Shown here one piece after another: positions 19,994 to 29,192 of a stretch of DNA of 64,000 nucleotides. The translations under genes and the position numbers were made by a program. Within the stretch, counting starts at the first letter, position 1. Each line of letters starts with the position of its first letter. The stretch lies in the NCBI GenBank assembly GCA_965213685.1, contig CBDBZY010000012.1, positions 76,593 to 140,592 on the forward strand, given 5' to 3'. The notes under the pieces were generated by a model, which was not told the DNA's origin, ran no database searches, and saw only the letters and a program-made list of their open reading frames with translations. This DNA is from a bacterium. Its GTDB lineage: Bacteria > UBA8248.

Positions 19994-22900
19994 ATGATGC
20001 CGCCGAATGGAGATTGGGCTGGGCCGGGCGGAGAGTTGGGCGACTACATTGCCGAGGAGTCGCAGAAGACTCTTAACGCCTATCGTGAACAACCCAACTC
20101 GGTGGATGAGCACGCCAATCACGAGGCGGACACGGCGCGCGGCGGTTATGCGCGCCGCCAGCTGTTCGAACTGGTCCAGAACAGCGCCGACGCTTTGATC
20201 GGGGTACAAGGCGGCGGACGCATCACGATTCGCCTGACAGAGACTTATCTGTATTGCGCCGATGATGGGAAGCGGATCGACCGGGATGGCGTAAAGGCGC
20301 TCATGTTTTCGCACTTGTCCCCAAAGAGAGGGACCAGCGAGATCGGAAGGTTCGGCCTCGGCTTCAAGTCTGTTCTCGGAGTTACCGACGCGCCGGAATT
20401 TTTCAGCCGCTCCGGCTCGTTCCGCTTTGATCGCGACCGCTCACGCGACCGCATACGGGAAGTCGCCCCGAATGCCGAACGCTATCCGGCGTTGCGCCTG
20501 CCTGACCCTATCCACCCCCGCGAGAACCGGGATGAGGACAACATTCTCCGCGAACTTATGGGCTGGGCGACGAACATCGTGCGGTTGCCGCTGAAGCACA
20601 ATGCCCGGGACAACCTTGAACAGCAGATGCGCGACTTCCCGCCGGAGTTTCTTCTGTTCGTCGAGCACGTCGGCAAACTCACGCTTCGTGATGAAACCCC
20701 TGAAACCAGCCGCACATTTGAGCTGCAAAAGGTTGAGGAACCTAACGTATATCTTCTTGGGGAAGACAAGCAGGATAGCGGATGGAAACTGTTCAAGCGC
20801 ACGCATTCCCTGTCAAGTGATGCCCGGGATGACAAGAGAGCGCTCGACGATGGCGACGAGGTGCCAATATGGTGGGCTGCGCCTCTTGATCGATTGAATG
20901 TTCCCGGCTATTTCTGGGCGTTTTTCCCGACGCAAAGCGCAAGCCTCGTCGCCGGCATCCTGAACGCGCCGTGGAAAACAAACGAAGATCGGCAAAATCT
21001 TCTGCCGGGGAAATACAACGAGGAGCTGATCGACGCCGCGGTGGAGATGGTCGCCGACGCGCTGCCCGATCTCGCAACGGACGAGGACCCCGCCAGACAT
21101 CTGGACGCGCTGCCGCGCAGGGGGGAACCCGGAGATACCGAGCACATCAACAGGATCCGTGAGGGCTTGTATTCGACGCTTGGCAGTCGCGCCATCGTCC
21201 CTGACCAGGACGGGGAGCTGCGCCGCGTCGGAGAAATCTCCTATCCCCCGGGAGAATTGACGGAGCACCGACTGGTCATGGAGCCGCTCAAACGATGGGC
21301 GGAGTATCCGGGCCGGCCACGGAATTGGCTTCATCACGAGGCACTCCCGCGCAACCGGATTTCCAGGATCGACCGGTTGTTTTCCTCCGCTTTTCCGTAT
21401 CATCCAGGGAAGGCTCCCAGGAAGGCGCTCAGTGATTGGCTGGCGGTGCTTGTTGCGGAAGGTGAGGAGTCGAACGACGCCGTCCGAGCCTCCATGGCCG
21501 CTATCCAGACAGCCGCGCTCATACCGCCTGACATTCGACGAACGCAGAACAGCCTCGGCAGTATCGTCCGGACGGCAAGCGATGCATGGCGGGAACCGGA
21601 CCCGGAGCGTCTGTTCCTGCCTGAGGAGTCGGGGAATGGCTGGCGCGTCCCGGATTCCGGGGAGTCATGCGTCCACCCGAAGCTGGCGGCAGACGGAGAG
21701 ACCCTCTCGGCGTTAAAAGAACTGGGGATCAAGCCGCCGTCGCCGGAAAGCATATTCAGACTTGCCGCGAAAGAGGTGCTGGATAGCACGTCGCCGCCAA
21801 GCGATGATCTTTTGAGGAAATTCTGGTTACAGGCCCGGAAGGTCGGGGACGCAGCCCGCGACATCATCGTTGAAAGCCTCAAGGACCGGAGATCGGAGCT
21901 GGAGTCGAGACTTCGCATCCGGACGCGGTCTGGCGACTGGCGACTTTCTTGTGAGGTGTTGCTGCCTGGCAGCATCGTTCCCGGCGACGGGAGTCGGGAT
22001 GACTGCGTCACCGTGGATATGGATTTCCACGCGCCGGATTCCGGGCTACTGCGCGCTCTTGGGGTGGTGGATGCGCCACAGCCTGATCGTTGTCTGGCGT
22101 CGGAGCCTCGCTTCCCGGATTTCCTGGACAGATGCCGCAGGCGCTTCCAGGATAGCATAGAAAAAAATCCGCGGCTGGATCTACTGAATTTTGCATCAAG
22201 CAAGGGGAGCGGCCCGCTAGAGGTATTCCGCACTCTCTCTGACGAAGCCAAGGTTCGTTACACGCATGCCTTGTTGTTTCTTGACGCCACTTTTGAGGAG
22301 TGGGAGATGAAGCACGACAACCCGGGCTATCCGAAACGGTCATACAAGTCGCCGGCCGTTAGCATGCTGCGCGAACACGGGCGAGTTCGAACCTGCGAAA
22401 GCATCGTTCCGTTCAAGGATGGGCTTGGCGCGCAGCCGAAAAACCAGGCGGCACTGCACGCCCTGCTGGCACACTCGGAGGCGGACAGGATCAAGAAAGT
22501 GTTCGATCTTTCGGAACCGAGCCCGGAATTTATCGGGGAGGAGGACGCGATTCCTCTGACCGATGTATGGCCAGGTTTGAAGGAGCGTCTTCCGGCGGAG
22601 CGGCAAGCATGCGAACTCATACGCTGCGAACGAATCCTGGTTGCTGGAAAGACGAAGGAGGCCCTTTTTCACGCTCCGAACGTTTATCTCACCCACACGG
22701 CGGATGATGACGAAAGTCATGAGCTGCGGCTCGTCTGCGAGAGTCTGGAGCTTCGGCTGAGTGCGGCACAGCTGGAGGGTATACGGCAATACAGGACGCG
22801 ACAGGAAATCGAGAAGCGGCGCGCGACTGTCAGGGAATGCTCGACGGACGCCGAGCGACTTCTGGCTGCAGTGGGCGAATCCGCCCTCCGCCGAGACTTG

Positions 22901-24400
22901 CCCGATTCGTTGCTCGCCATACGTGAGTCGGACGACGGTGTTGTGGCGGACATTCAGCTCGCCAAAGACGCCATCGCCATCTACCATTCGGACGCTCTCA
23001 GACGGTTTCGGGGGGCGTTGGGCGCCTTGGACCCGCCGCAGCAATGGGCTGGTCGCCGGCCCGCCGTCGAATTTGTTCGTTCGCTCGGATTTTCAGCCGA
23101 ATGGGCAGGAAAGGGGGGGAACCGCCGAGACCCGTTTCTCGAAATCGAAGGCCCTTACTCGCTGCCAGGACTCCATGACTACCAGAAAAAAATCGTCGCC
23201 AACGTGCGGAGGATGTTCCGCAACGGGGGCGTGGACGGCACCGGAAGGCGCGGGATGATCAGTCTGCCGACCGGATCGGGCAAGACGCGCGTCGCCGTGC
23301 AGGCGATTGTCGATGCAATGCGTGAAGATGGCTTTGAGGGCGGAATTCTCTGGGTCGCGGACCGCGACGAGTTGTGCGAACAGGCTGTTGAGGCGTGGCG
23401 GCAGGCTTGGTCGAGCATTGGCGCGGCCGGGGCGCAGTTGCGCATCTCCAGGATGTGGGGCAGTCAGTCCAGACCTGAGCCAACGAGCGACCTCCATGTC
23501 GTCGTCGCGACGATTCAGACGCTGGACGCCAGGTTTAAGAGGCAGACCGGCGAATACGAGTTTCTCTCAGACTTCAAACTCGTCGTTTTCGATGAGGCGC
23601 ATCGCTCGATTGCTCGGACCTTTACTTCCGTGATGCGGGAAATCGGACTGACCCAACGGAATAAAGCGGACGATCCGTTTCTGCTTGGTCTCACCGCTAC
23701 GCCCTATCGTGGATACGATGAGGCGGAAACCAGGCGGCTGAGAAATCGTTACGGTCGCAAGCGGTTTGATTTCGGAGCATTTGAGAGGGACGACCCGGAG
23801 CATGTCATCGGCGAGCTGCAAGAGATGTGCGTGCTCGCGCGGGCAGAGCACGAAACCATCGAAGGTGGCGAGTTCCGGCTGAACGATAGCGAACGGCAGG
23901 AAGCGGAATCCGCCCCCTGGCTTCCGGAGAGCGTGGAGAAACGCATCGCGGCGGACGCCGATCGCACCAAGCGCATCATTGAAGCGTATGAAAAACACGT
24001 CGATGGGGATTGGCCCACCCTCGTATTCGCGACGTCGGTCGCGCACGCCAAGACGGTAGCGGCGCTCCTGAATGAGAGAGGGATTACATCGAGAGCCGTT
24101 AGCGCAGAAACAGAGATATCGACGCGCCGAAGGATAGTCGAGGAATTCCGGCGCGGCGAGGTCAAGGCGCTCGTGAACTACGGCGTATTTCGAGAGGGCT
24201 TCGACGCGCCCAGGACGCGCGCCATCATTGTGGCCCGGCCGGTCTATAGTCCGAATCTCTATTTTCAGATGATCGGCAGGGGCCTGCGAGGCGTCCTCAA
24301 CGGCGGCAACGACCGATGCCTCATCCTCAACGTTCGCGACAACATCCAGAACTTCGAGGGCGCGCTCGCATTCTCGGACCTGGACTGGCTTTGGGCTTGA
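19994..24400 (+). CDS. Large fusion protein: N-terminal sacsin/NOV-like GHKL ATPase plus C-terminal SF2 (ResIII-type DEAH) helicase
   Basis: GHKL motifs ELVQNSADA, DDGKRID and IGRFGLGFKS. Helicase motifs LPTGSGKT, FDEAH, LGLTATP, FREGFDAP and QMIGRGLR. AAGGA RBS before ATG 19994; more AT-rich than the flanks. Confidence 0.88.
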   Translation: MMPPNGDWAGPGGELGDYIAEESQKTLNAYREQPNSVDEHANHEADTARGGYARRQLFELVQNSADALIGVQGGGRITIRLTETYLYCADDGKRIDRDGVKALMFSHLSPKRGTSEIGRFGLGFKSVLGVTDAPEFFSRSGSFRFDRDRSRDRIREVAPNAERYPALRLPDPIHPRENRDEDNILRELMGWATNIVRLPLKHNARDNLEQQMRDFPPEFLLFVEHVGKLTLRDETPETSRTFELQKVEEPNVYLLGEDKQDSGWKLFKRTHSLSSDARDDKRALDDGDEVPIWWAAPLDRLNVPGYFWAFFPTQSASLVAGILNAPWKTNEDRQNLLPGKYNEELIDAAVEMVADALPDLATDEDPARHLDALPRRGEPGDTEHINRIREGLYSTLGSRAIVPDQDGELRRVGEISYPPGELTEHRLVMEPLKRWAEYPGRPRNWLHHEALPRNRISRIDRLFSSAFPYHPGKAPRKALSDWLAVLVAEGEESNDAVRASMAAIQTAALIPPDIRRTQNSLGSIVRTASDAWREPDPERLFLPEESGNGWRVPDSGESCVHPKLAADGETLSALKELGIKPPSPESIFRLAAKEVLDSTSPPSDDLLRKFWLQARKVGDAARDIIVESLKDRRSELESRLRIRTRSGDWRLSCEVLLPGSIVPGDGSRDDCVTVDMDFHAPDSGLLRALGVVDAPQPDRCLASEPRFPDFLDRCRRRFQDSIEKNPRLDLLNFASSKGSGPLEVFRTLSDEAKVRYTHALLFLDATFEEWEMKHDNPGYPKRSYKSPAVSMLREHGRVRTCESIVPFKDGLGAQPKNQAALHALLAHSEADRIKKVFDLSEPSPEFIGEEDAIPLTDVWPGLKERLPAERQACELIRCERILVAGKTKEALFHAPNVYLTHTADDDESHELRLVCESLELRLSAAQLEGIRQYRTRQEIEKRRATVRECSTDAERLLAAVGESALRRDLPDSLLAIRESDDGVVADIQLAKDAIAIYHSDALRRFRGALGALDPPQQWAGRRPAVEFVRSLGFSAEWAGKGGNRRDPFLEIEGPYSLPGLHDYQKKIVANVRRMFRNGGVDGTGRRGMISLPTGSGKTRVAVQAIVDAMREDGFEGGILWVADRDELCEQAVEAWRQAWSSIGAAGAQLRISRMWGSQSRPEPTSDLHVVVATIQTLDARFKRQTGEYEFLSDFKLVVFDEAHRSIARTFTSVMREIGLTQRNKADDPFLLGLTATPYRGYDEAETRRLRNRYGRKRFDFGAFERDDPEHVIGELQEMCVLARAEHETIEGGEFRLNDSERQEAESAPWLPESVEKRIAADADRTKRIIEAYEKHVDGDWPTLVFATSVAHAKTVAALLNERGITSRAVSAETEISTRRRIVEEFRRGEVKALVNYGVFREGFDAPRTRAIIVARPVYSPNLYFQMIGRGLRGVLNGGNDRCLILNVRDNIQNFEGALAFSDLDWLWA

Positions 24401-24513
24401 GTCCCCCCCCCTCCCTTCATCTGTCGTGGCCGTCTCATCCCCCCGCGTGGAAGCGTCAGCGGGTTTGCGGTATGGTGTCCCCCATCGAATCGCCCCGCGC
24501 ATAGGAACCTGAC

Positions 24514-25527
24514 ATGAAAGTCGGCCTTTTCATCACCAACCAGCAGCATCTCGCAACCGATATGGTCAGCGCCCTGGACGAGCAATACGCGATGGTGCGC
24601 CTCGCGCGCGACAGGGGCTGGGATTCGGTGTTCACCGGCCAGCACTACCTGAACGAGGGGAACAACAAGCAGCTGCAAATCGTCCCCTTCCTCGCGCGCC
24701 TCCAGGCGGAGGCCGGGGAGATGACCCTGGGCCTGGGCGTTCTGCTGATCAACCTCCACAACCCCGTGTATGTCGCGGAGACGGTCGCGTCGCTCGACGT
24801 GATCTGCCGCGGGAACTTCGTGTTCGGCATCGGCCTGGGATACCGCCAGGCGGAGTTCGACGCCTTTCGGGTGCCGAGGGGACACCGCGTCCGCAGGTTC
24901 GAGGAATGCCTGGAGCTGGTGAAGCGGTTGTGGACGGCGGAGGAGGTCGCCTGGGAGGGCGACGTCTGCAAGCTCGAGGGGGTGCGCATGAACATCCGCC
25001 CCGTCCAGAAGCCCTGCCCGCCGATCTGGGTCGCGGCGAACAACGACCGCGCCATCGAGCGCGCGGCACGCATCGGGGACGCCTGGTTCATCAATCCCCA
25101 TTCCACCACCGCGACGATCCAGCGCCAGATGAGCCTGTATCGGGCGGAGTTGGACAGATGCGGGAAGCCGTTCCCGAACGCGCTGCCCTGCATCAAGGAG
25201 GTTTTTTGCGCCCGCGACAGAAAAACCGCCCTGGAGATGGCGGGCCCCTATCTGCTCGGCAAATACAGGGACTACGCCAAATGGGGGCAGGACGACGCGA
25301 TGCCGGAGGATGAATCGTTCGACCAGGAATTCGCCGACCTCCTGAAGGATCGCTTCGTCATCGGCTCGCCCGGGGAGTGCTACGAGCAGCTTCGTCCCTA
25401 CTGGGAGGAAGTCGGGGTGAATCACCTGGTCATCCGGACGCACTGGGCGGGAATGCCGCTCTCGACCGCCCTCCACAGCATGCGGATGATCTCCGAGGAG
25501 CTCCTGCCCGCCCTGAGGAGGGTTTAG
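24514..25527 (+). CDS. LLM-class flavin-dependent oxidoreductase (luciferase-like)
   Basis: GWDSVFTGQH, HNPVYVAETVASLD, GIGLGYRQAEF, PVQKPCPPIWVAA, IGSPGEC. Confidence 0.9.
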   Translation: MKVGLFITNQQHLATDMVSALDEQYAMVRLARDRGWDSVFTGQHYLNEGNNKQLQIVPFLARLQAEAGEMTLGLGVLLINLHNPVYVAETVASLDVICRGNFVFGIGLGYRQAEFDAFRVPRGHRVRRFEECLELVKRLWTAEEVAWEGDVCKLEGVRMNIRPVQKPCPPIWVAANNDRAIERAARIGDAWFINPHSTTATIQRQMSLYRAELDRCGKPFPNALPCIKEVFCARDRKTALEMAGPYLLGKYRDYAKWGQDDAMPEDESFDQEFADLLKDRFVIGSPGECYEQLRPYWEEVGVNHLVIRTHWAGMPLSTALHSMRMISEELLPALRRV

Positions 25528-25725
25528 GGTTTGACGACGACGCATCCCCACGGACGCCGGGTTCCTCCAAGGGGGGAAAACCCCGCTCTCCCCGGGCCGG
25601 TCGGCGGCCCCTGTGCCGGAAAATTTCGGGAGAGCATGAAAATCCTTCGTGCATAACCCAGTTCGGCATGGTATATTGGAAGAAACGACAATCCAGCGTA
25701 TGCGCCGCAAAAACGGGGGGCCGAC

Positions 25726-26250
25726 ATGCCTGAGAAAAGAATGATCTCTTTTGTCCTGAACGGGGAGTCCGTCGAGGCCCTGGTGCCCGTCAACCGCTAT
25801 CTGGTGGATTTCATCCGGGAGGACCTCGGGATGATGGGCACCAAGCGCTCCTGCGACCAGGGCGTGTGCGGCTCCTGTGCCGTCATCATGGACGACGCCC
25901 TCATCAGCGCGTGCCTCACCCTCGCCGTTCGCGCCGATGGCGCGCGGGTCGAGACGATAGAGGGCGTGGGCAGCATGGAGGGGGGCCTCCACCCCCTGCA
26001 GGCCGCCTTCGCCTCGCACGGCGCCACCCAGTGCGGCTACTGCACGCCGGGGATGATCGTCTCCGCCAAAAAGCTGCTCGAGGAGAATCCCGACCCCTCC
26101 GAGGCGGAAATCCAGCACTGGCTCACCGGGAATCTTTGCCGCTGCACGGGCTATCGCAAGATCATCGAGGCGATTCGCGCCGTGGCCGAGGGCAGAACCG
26201 AACCCGATCCCCCCATCACGGTGCCCACGGTAAAGGCCTACGACGACTAG
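25726..26250 (+). CDS. (2Fe-2S)-binding small subunit of xanthine/CO dehydrogenase-type molybdoenzymes (CoxS-like)
   Basis: GTKRSCDQGVCGSC..AC, QCGYCTPG, GNLCRCTGY. Confidence 0.92.
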   Translation: MPEKRMISFVLNGESVEALVPVNRYLVDFIREDLGMMGTKRSCDQGVCGSCAVIMDDALISACLTLAVRADGARVETIEGVGSMEGGLHPLQAAFASHGATQCGYCTPGMIVSAKKLLEENPDPSEAEIQHWLTGNLCRCTGYRKIIEAIRAVAEGRTEPDPPITVPTVKAYDD

Positions 26251-26345
26251 CCCCTCTCCTTCCCACACAGCCCGCGCGGCGGGGAAGCGCGGGAAGCGGG
26301 AGCAGCAAGCGCGCCCCCCGTCGGGACGGGCAAACGGAGGCCGCC

Positions 26346-26798
26346 ATGAAGCGCATGATCGAGCACGTCGCCCTGCGCGTCACGAATCTGGAGCGTTCGA
26401 TAGCCTTCTACCGCGACGTGATGGGACTCGCGCCGGTGGGCCGGCGGGCGATTCACGACGGCGCGATAGAGCAGGTCGTGTTCCGCGTGGGGGAGGACGT
26501 CCTCGTCCTCTTCCATTCCGATGCGTTCGTGCCCGAGGACGTCGAGGTCAGGGGCGGGGTGGATCACGTCGCCTTCTGCTTCGACGACGCCGGCTACCAC
26601 GCCGTCATCGAGCGCCTGCGCGCGGCCGGCCGGGAGCCGCACCGCGGCGAGGAGAAGAACCTGGGCGCCTTCGGCGTGGGCTACGCCACCTATTTCCACG
26701 ACCCCGACAACATCGAGATCGAGATCAAGCGCTACGACGATCCCCCCGAGCAGCCGGGCCCCGAGTGGTATGAGAGCGGCCGGGAGATGAGCGCCTGA
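26346..26798 (+). CDS. VOC (glyoxalase-like) family protein
   Basis: IEHVALRVTNLERSIAFY, VDHVAF, YFHDPDNIEIE; GGAGG RBS. Confidence 0.85.
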   Translation: MKRMIEHVALRVTNLERSIAFYRDVMGLAPVGRRAIHDGAIEQVVFRVGEDVLVLFHSDAFVPEDVEVRGGVDHVAFCFDDAGYHAVIERLRAAGREPHRGEEKNLGAFGVGYATYFHDPDNIEIEIKRYDDPPEQPGPEWYESGREMSA

Positions 26799-26832
26799 TC
26801 CCCCGTTTTTTCGTGTATTCCTCCCTCCGTAC

Positions 26833-27285
26833 TCATCCCTCCCGCTTCTTGATGGAGAGGAACTTGAGCACCACGCCGTCGGGGTCTTTGCAGAAAAATA
26901 TCCTGGAGCCCTGAATGGGGCCGCTCGGCACCGTGGCGGGGGAGGGCGAGCACATGGACGCACCGGCCGCCTGGAGCCTCTCGTAGAGGGCGTCGGCGTC
27001 ATCCGCCACGAAGCCGATTTGCAGGCAGCCGGGGTTGTTCGGGTCGGTGTCCACCGGCGCGCCGGGCGCGCCCGTGTACTCCATCAGCTCGAGGTGCAGC
27101 CCGTGGCCGCCCATGTGCACGACGCGGAGGCGGGCGCCCGGCACGCCCGTCACCTGCGCGGAGAATTCCGGCGTCCGCTCGGAGTCCGACTCCACCTCGA
27201 AGCCCAGGTTCTCGGCATACCACCGGGCGGAGGCGCCCGCGTCCCGCACCGTCAGGGACACGTTGTGAAAACGCTCGATGCGCAT
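26833..27285 (-). CDS. VOC (glyoxalase-like) family protein
   Basis: FHNVSLTVRD..WY..LGF, LELMEY, FCKDPDG. Confidence 0.8.
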   Translation of the reverse strand: MRIERFHNVSLTVRDAGASARWYAENLGFEVESDSERTPEFSAQVTGVPGARLRVVHMGGHGLHLELMEYTGAPGAPVDTDPNNPGCLQIGFVADDADALYERLQAAGASMCSPSPATVPSGPIQGSRIFFCKDPDGVVLKFLSIKKREG

Positions 27286-27324
27286 ACGATCGCTCCTTCT
27301 GTCAGCCTGTGAAGGCGACGATTT

Positions 27325-27720
27325 TCAGGACGACGCCCTGGGCCGGAGCTCCAGAGACGCCGAGTTCATGCAGTAGCGCTGCCCGGTGGGCGGCGGGCCG
27401 TCGGGAAACACGTGGCCCAGGTGCGCGTCGCAGGCCGCGCACACCACCTCCACGCGGCGCATCCACAAGGAGTTGTCCTCCACCTCGCGCACGCTGTCCG
27501 CTCCCAGGGGTTGGAAGAAGCTCGGCCACCCTGTCCCCGATTCGAACTTGGTCGCGGCGTCGAACAGCTCCCTCCCGCAGCAGACGCACGCATAGACGCC
27601 ATCCTCGTGGCAATCCCAGTATTTTCCGCTGAAGGCGCGCTCCGTTCCCGCCCGCCGCGTGACGCGGTACTGCTCCCTCGTGAGTTGTTTCCGCCATTCT
27701 GCATCCGTTTTCTTCACCAT
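27325..27720 (-). CDS. msrB: Peptide-methionine (R)-S-oxide reductase
   Basis: [33 protein letters not shown]; two Zn-binding CxxC motifs. Confidence 0.96.
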   Translation of the reverse strand: MVKKTDAEWRKQLTREQYRVTRRAGTERAFSGKYWDCHEDGVYACVCCGRELFDAATKFESGTGWPSFFQPLGADSVREVEDNSLWMRRVEVVCAACDAHLGHVFPDGPPPTGQRYCMNSASLELRPRASS

Positions 27721-27943
27721 CTCCGCTCTCTCCTCCTCTGCCTGCCGCCCAGGGGATGATGGCGCGCGTGGAATGCGCGTCTTTCTCCGCTCCGGATGCG
27801 CGCGCTTCTCCTCAAACAGCATCATCAAAAAAATCGCAAAAGACAAGGACGGGCGGATGGAAGGCGGCGCCCCGCCCGCTCTGCTCCCCCCGGGCGGGCG
27901 GCGTTCGTGAGCACCCCTTGTGGCGGCGCCCGCAGCCTCCTCT

Positions 27944-29119
27944 TCACAGGTGGGGGAGGGCCTTCAGGATGTTGACCTGGTTCGTGTTTCCCATGTGAAA
28001 GAGCTGAATCGCGTCGCGGTAGACCTTCTCCACCGGCGCGTCCTTCATCACGCCCATGCCTCCCCAAATCTCCACCGCCTTGGCGGCGAGGTGGTTCAGC
28101 GTCTCGGTGGCGAGCACCTTCGTCGCGCGCGCGAGCCGGGGGTCGCCCCTGCCGTGGTCGATCCTCCAGGCGACGCGCCAGAGCAGCGTTCGCGCGGCTT
28201 CGAGCCGGGTGTACATATCGAGCAGGAGGGCGCCGATGAGGTCGTGCCCGATGATGGGTCTGCCGCCCTGCACGCGCACGCGGGCGTGGCCCAGCGCCAG
28301 GTCATAGGCGCGCTGGGCGATCCCCAGGGCTGTCGCCGTGGCCTCCACGGTGCCGACGCTGGTCACGCTCCTCCGGCTGGCCTGGAACGCGTCTTCCGCG
28401 CCCAGGCGGTTTTCGGCCGGCAGCCGGACGTCGCGGAATATCAGATCGTGCTGGGGATAGCACCGGAGGCCCACCTTCTCGTGCAGCCTGCCGACCTCAA
28501 AGCCCTCCTGCGGCGGGAAGAGCAGGAATCCCGTCGTCCCCCGCGTCCAGGGAACCGTCCTGTCGGTTCGGGCGAACACGGTGACGCACTTCGCCTGCGC
28601 GCCCATGGCGATGAACTGCTTCGCCCCGTTCAGAACGTAGGAATCGCCCTCGCGCACGGCGCCCAGGGCCGGGCCGGCGGCGGGGTCCGCGTCGAAGGGG
28701 AGGGCGTTGTCGCTGCCGGCGCCCGGCTCCGTGATGGCGATGCCGATGCAGTAGAGCGGGTCTGCGAGATAGTCGGGAATCACCCGCCGGAGCTGCGCCT
28801 CCGTCGCCACGGCGAGGAGACCCGCTATCGCCTTCCAGTTGTGGCTGAACACCTTGGAGACGGCGGGCGCGCCCGCGGAGAGCTCCGCCACCACGAGGCA
28901 CTGGGTGAGGACGTCGGCCCCATCGCCGCCGTGCGCCTCCGGCACCCCGAGGGAGTGGAGGCCCAGGGCGAAGCCGCGCTTCACCAGTGCATAGGGAAAC
29001 TTGTCCTCCCCGTCAGGGCGGGCCTCCAGCTCCGCGACGGCGGGGAGCATTTCCTCCTGCGCGAACCTTCGCGCCAGAAGCTGCAAGCCCCTCTGCGACT
29101 CGCTCAGCTCAAAATCCAT
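27944..29119 (-). CDS. Acyl-CoA dehydrogenase family protein
   Basis: [56 protein letters not shown]. Confidence 0.9.
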   Translation of the reverse strand: MDFELSESQRGLQLLARRFAQEEMLPAVAELEARPDGEDKFPYALVKRGFALGLHSLGVPEAHGGDGADVLTQCLVVAELSAGAPAVSKVFSHNWKAIAGLLAVATEAQLRRVIPDYLADPLYCIGIAITEPGAGSDNALPFDADPAAGPALGAVREGDSYVLNGAKQFIAMGAQAKCVTVFARTDRTVPWTRGTTGFLLFPPQEGFEVGRLHEKVGLRCYPQHDLIFRDVRLPAENRLGAEDAFQASRRSVTSVGTVEATATALGIAQRAYDLALGHARVRVQGGRPIIGHDLIGALLLDMYTRLEAARTLLWRVAWRIDHGRGDPRLARATKVLATETLNHLAAKAVEIWGGMGVMKDAPVEKVYRDAIQLFHMGNTNQVNILKALPHL

Positions 29120-29192
29120 GCGTCAGCCCGGCCTTTCCCGCTAAAATCGACGACGGCGCCGCCGGGGAGCGCGCCCGTTTCGCTCCCGGGCC

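Noticed and set aside
19922-24513. IS, prophage or integrative element carrying the helicase
   Set aside because: No transposase, integrase, att-like direct repeats or terminal inverted repeats found by eye.
27325-27720. Selenocysteine-containing MsrB
   Set aside because: The catalytic residue is an ordinary Cys codon (RYCMNS) and there is no in-frame TGA.
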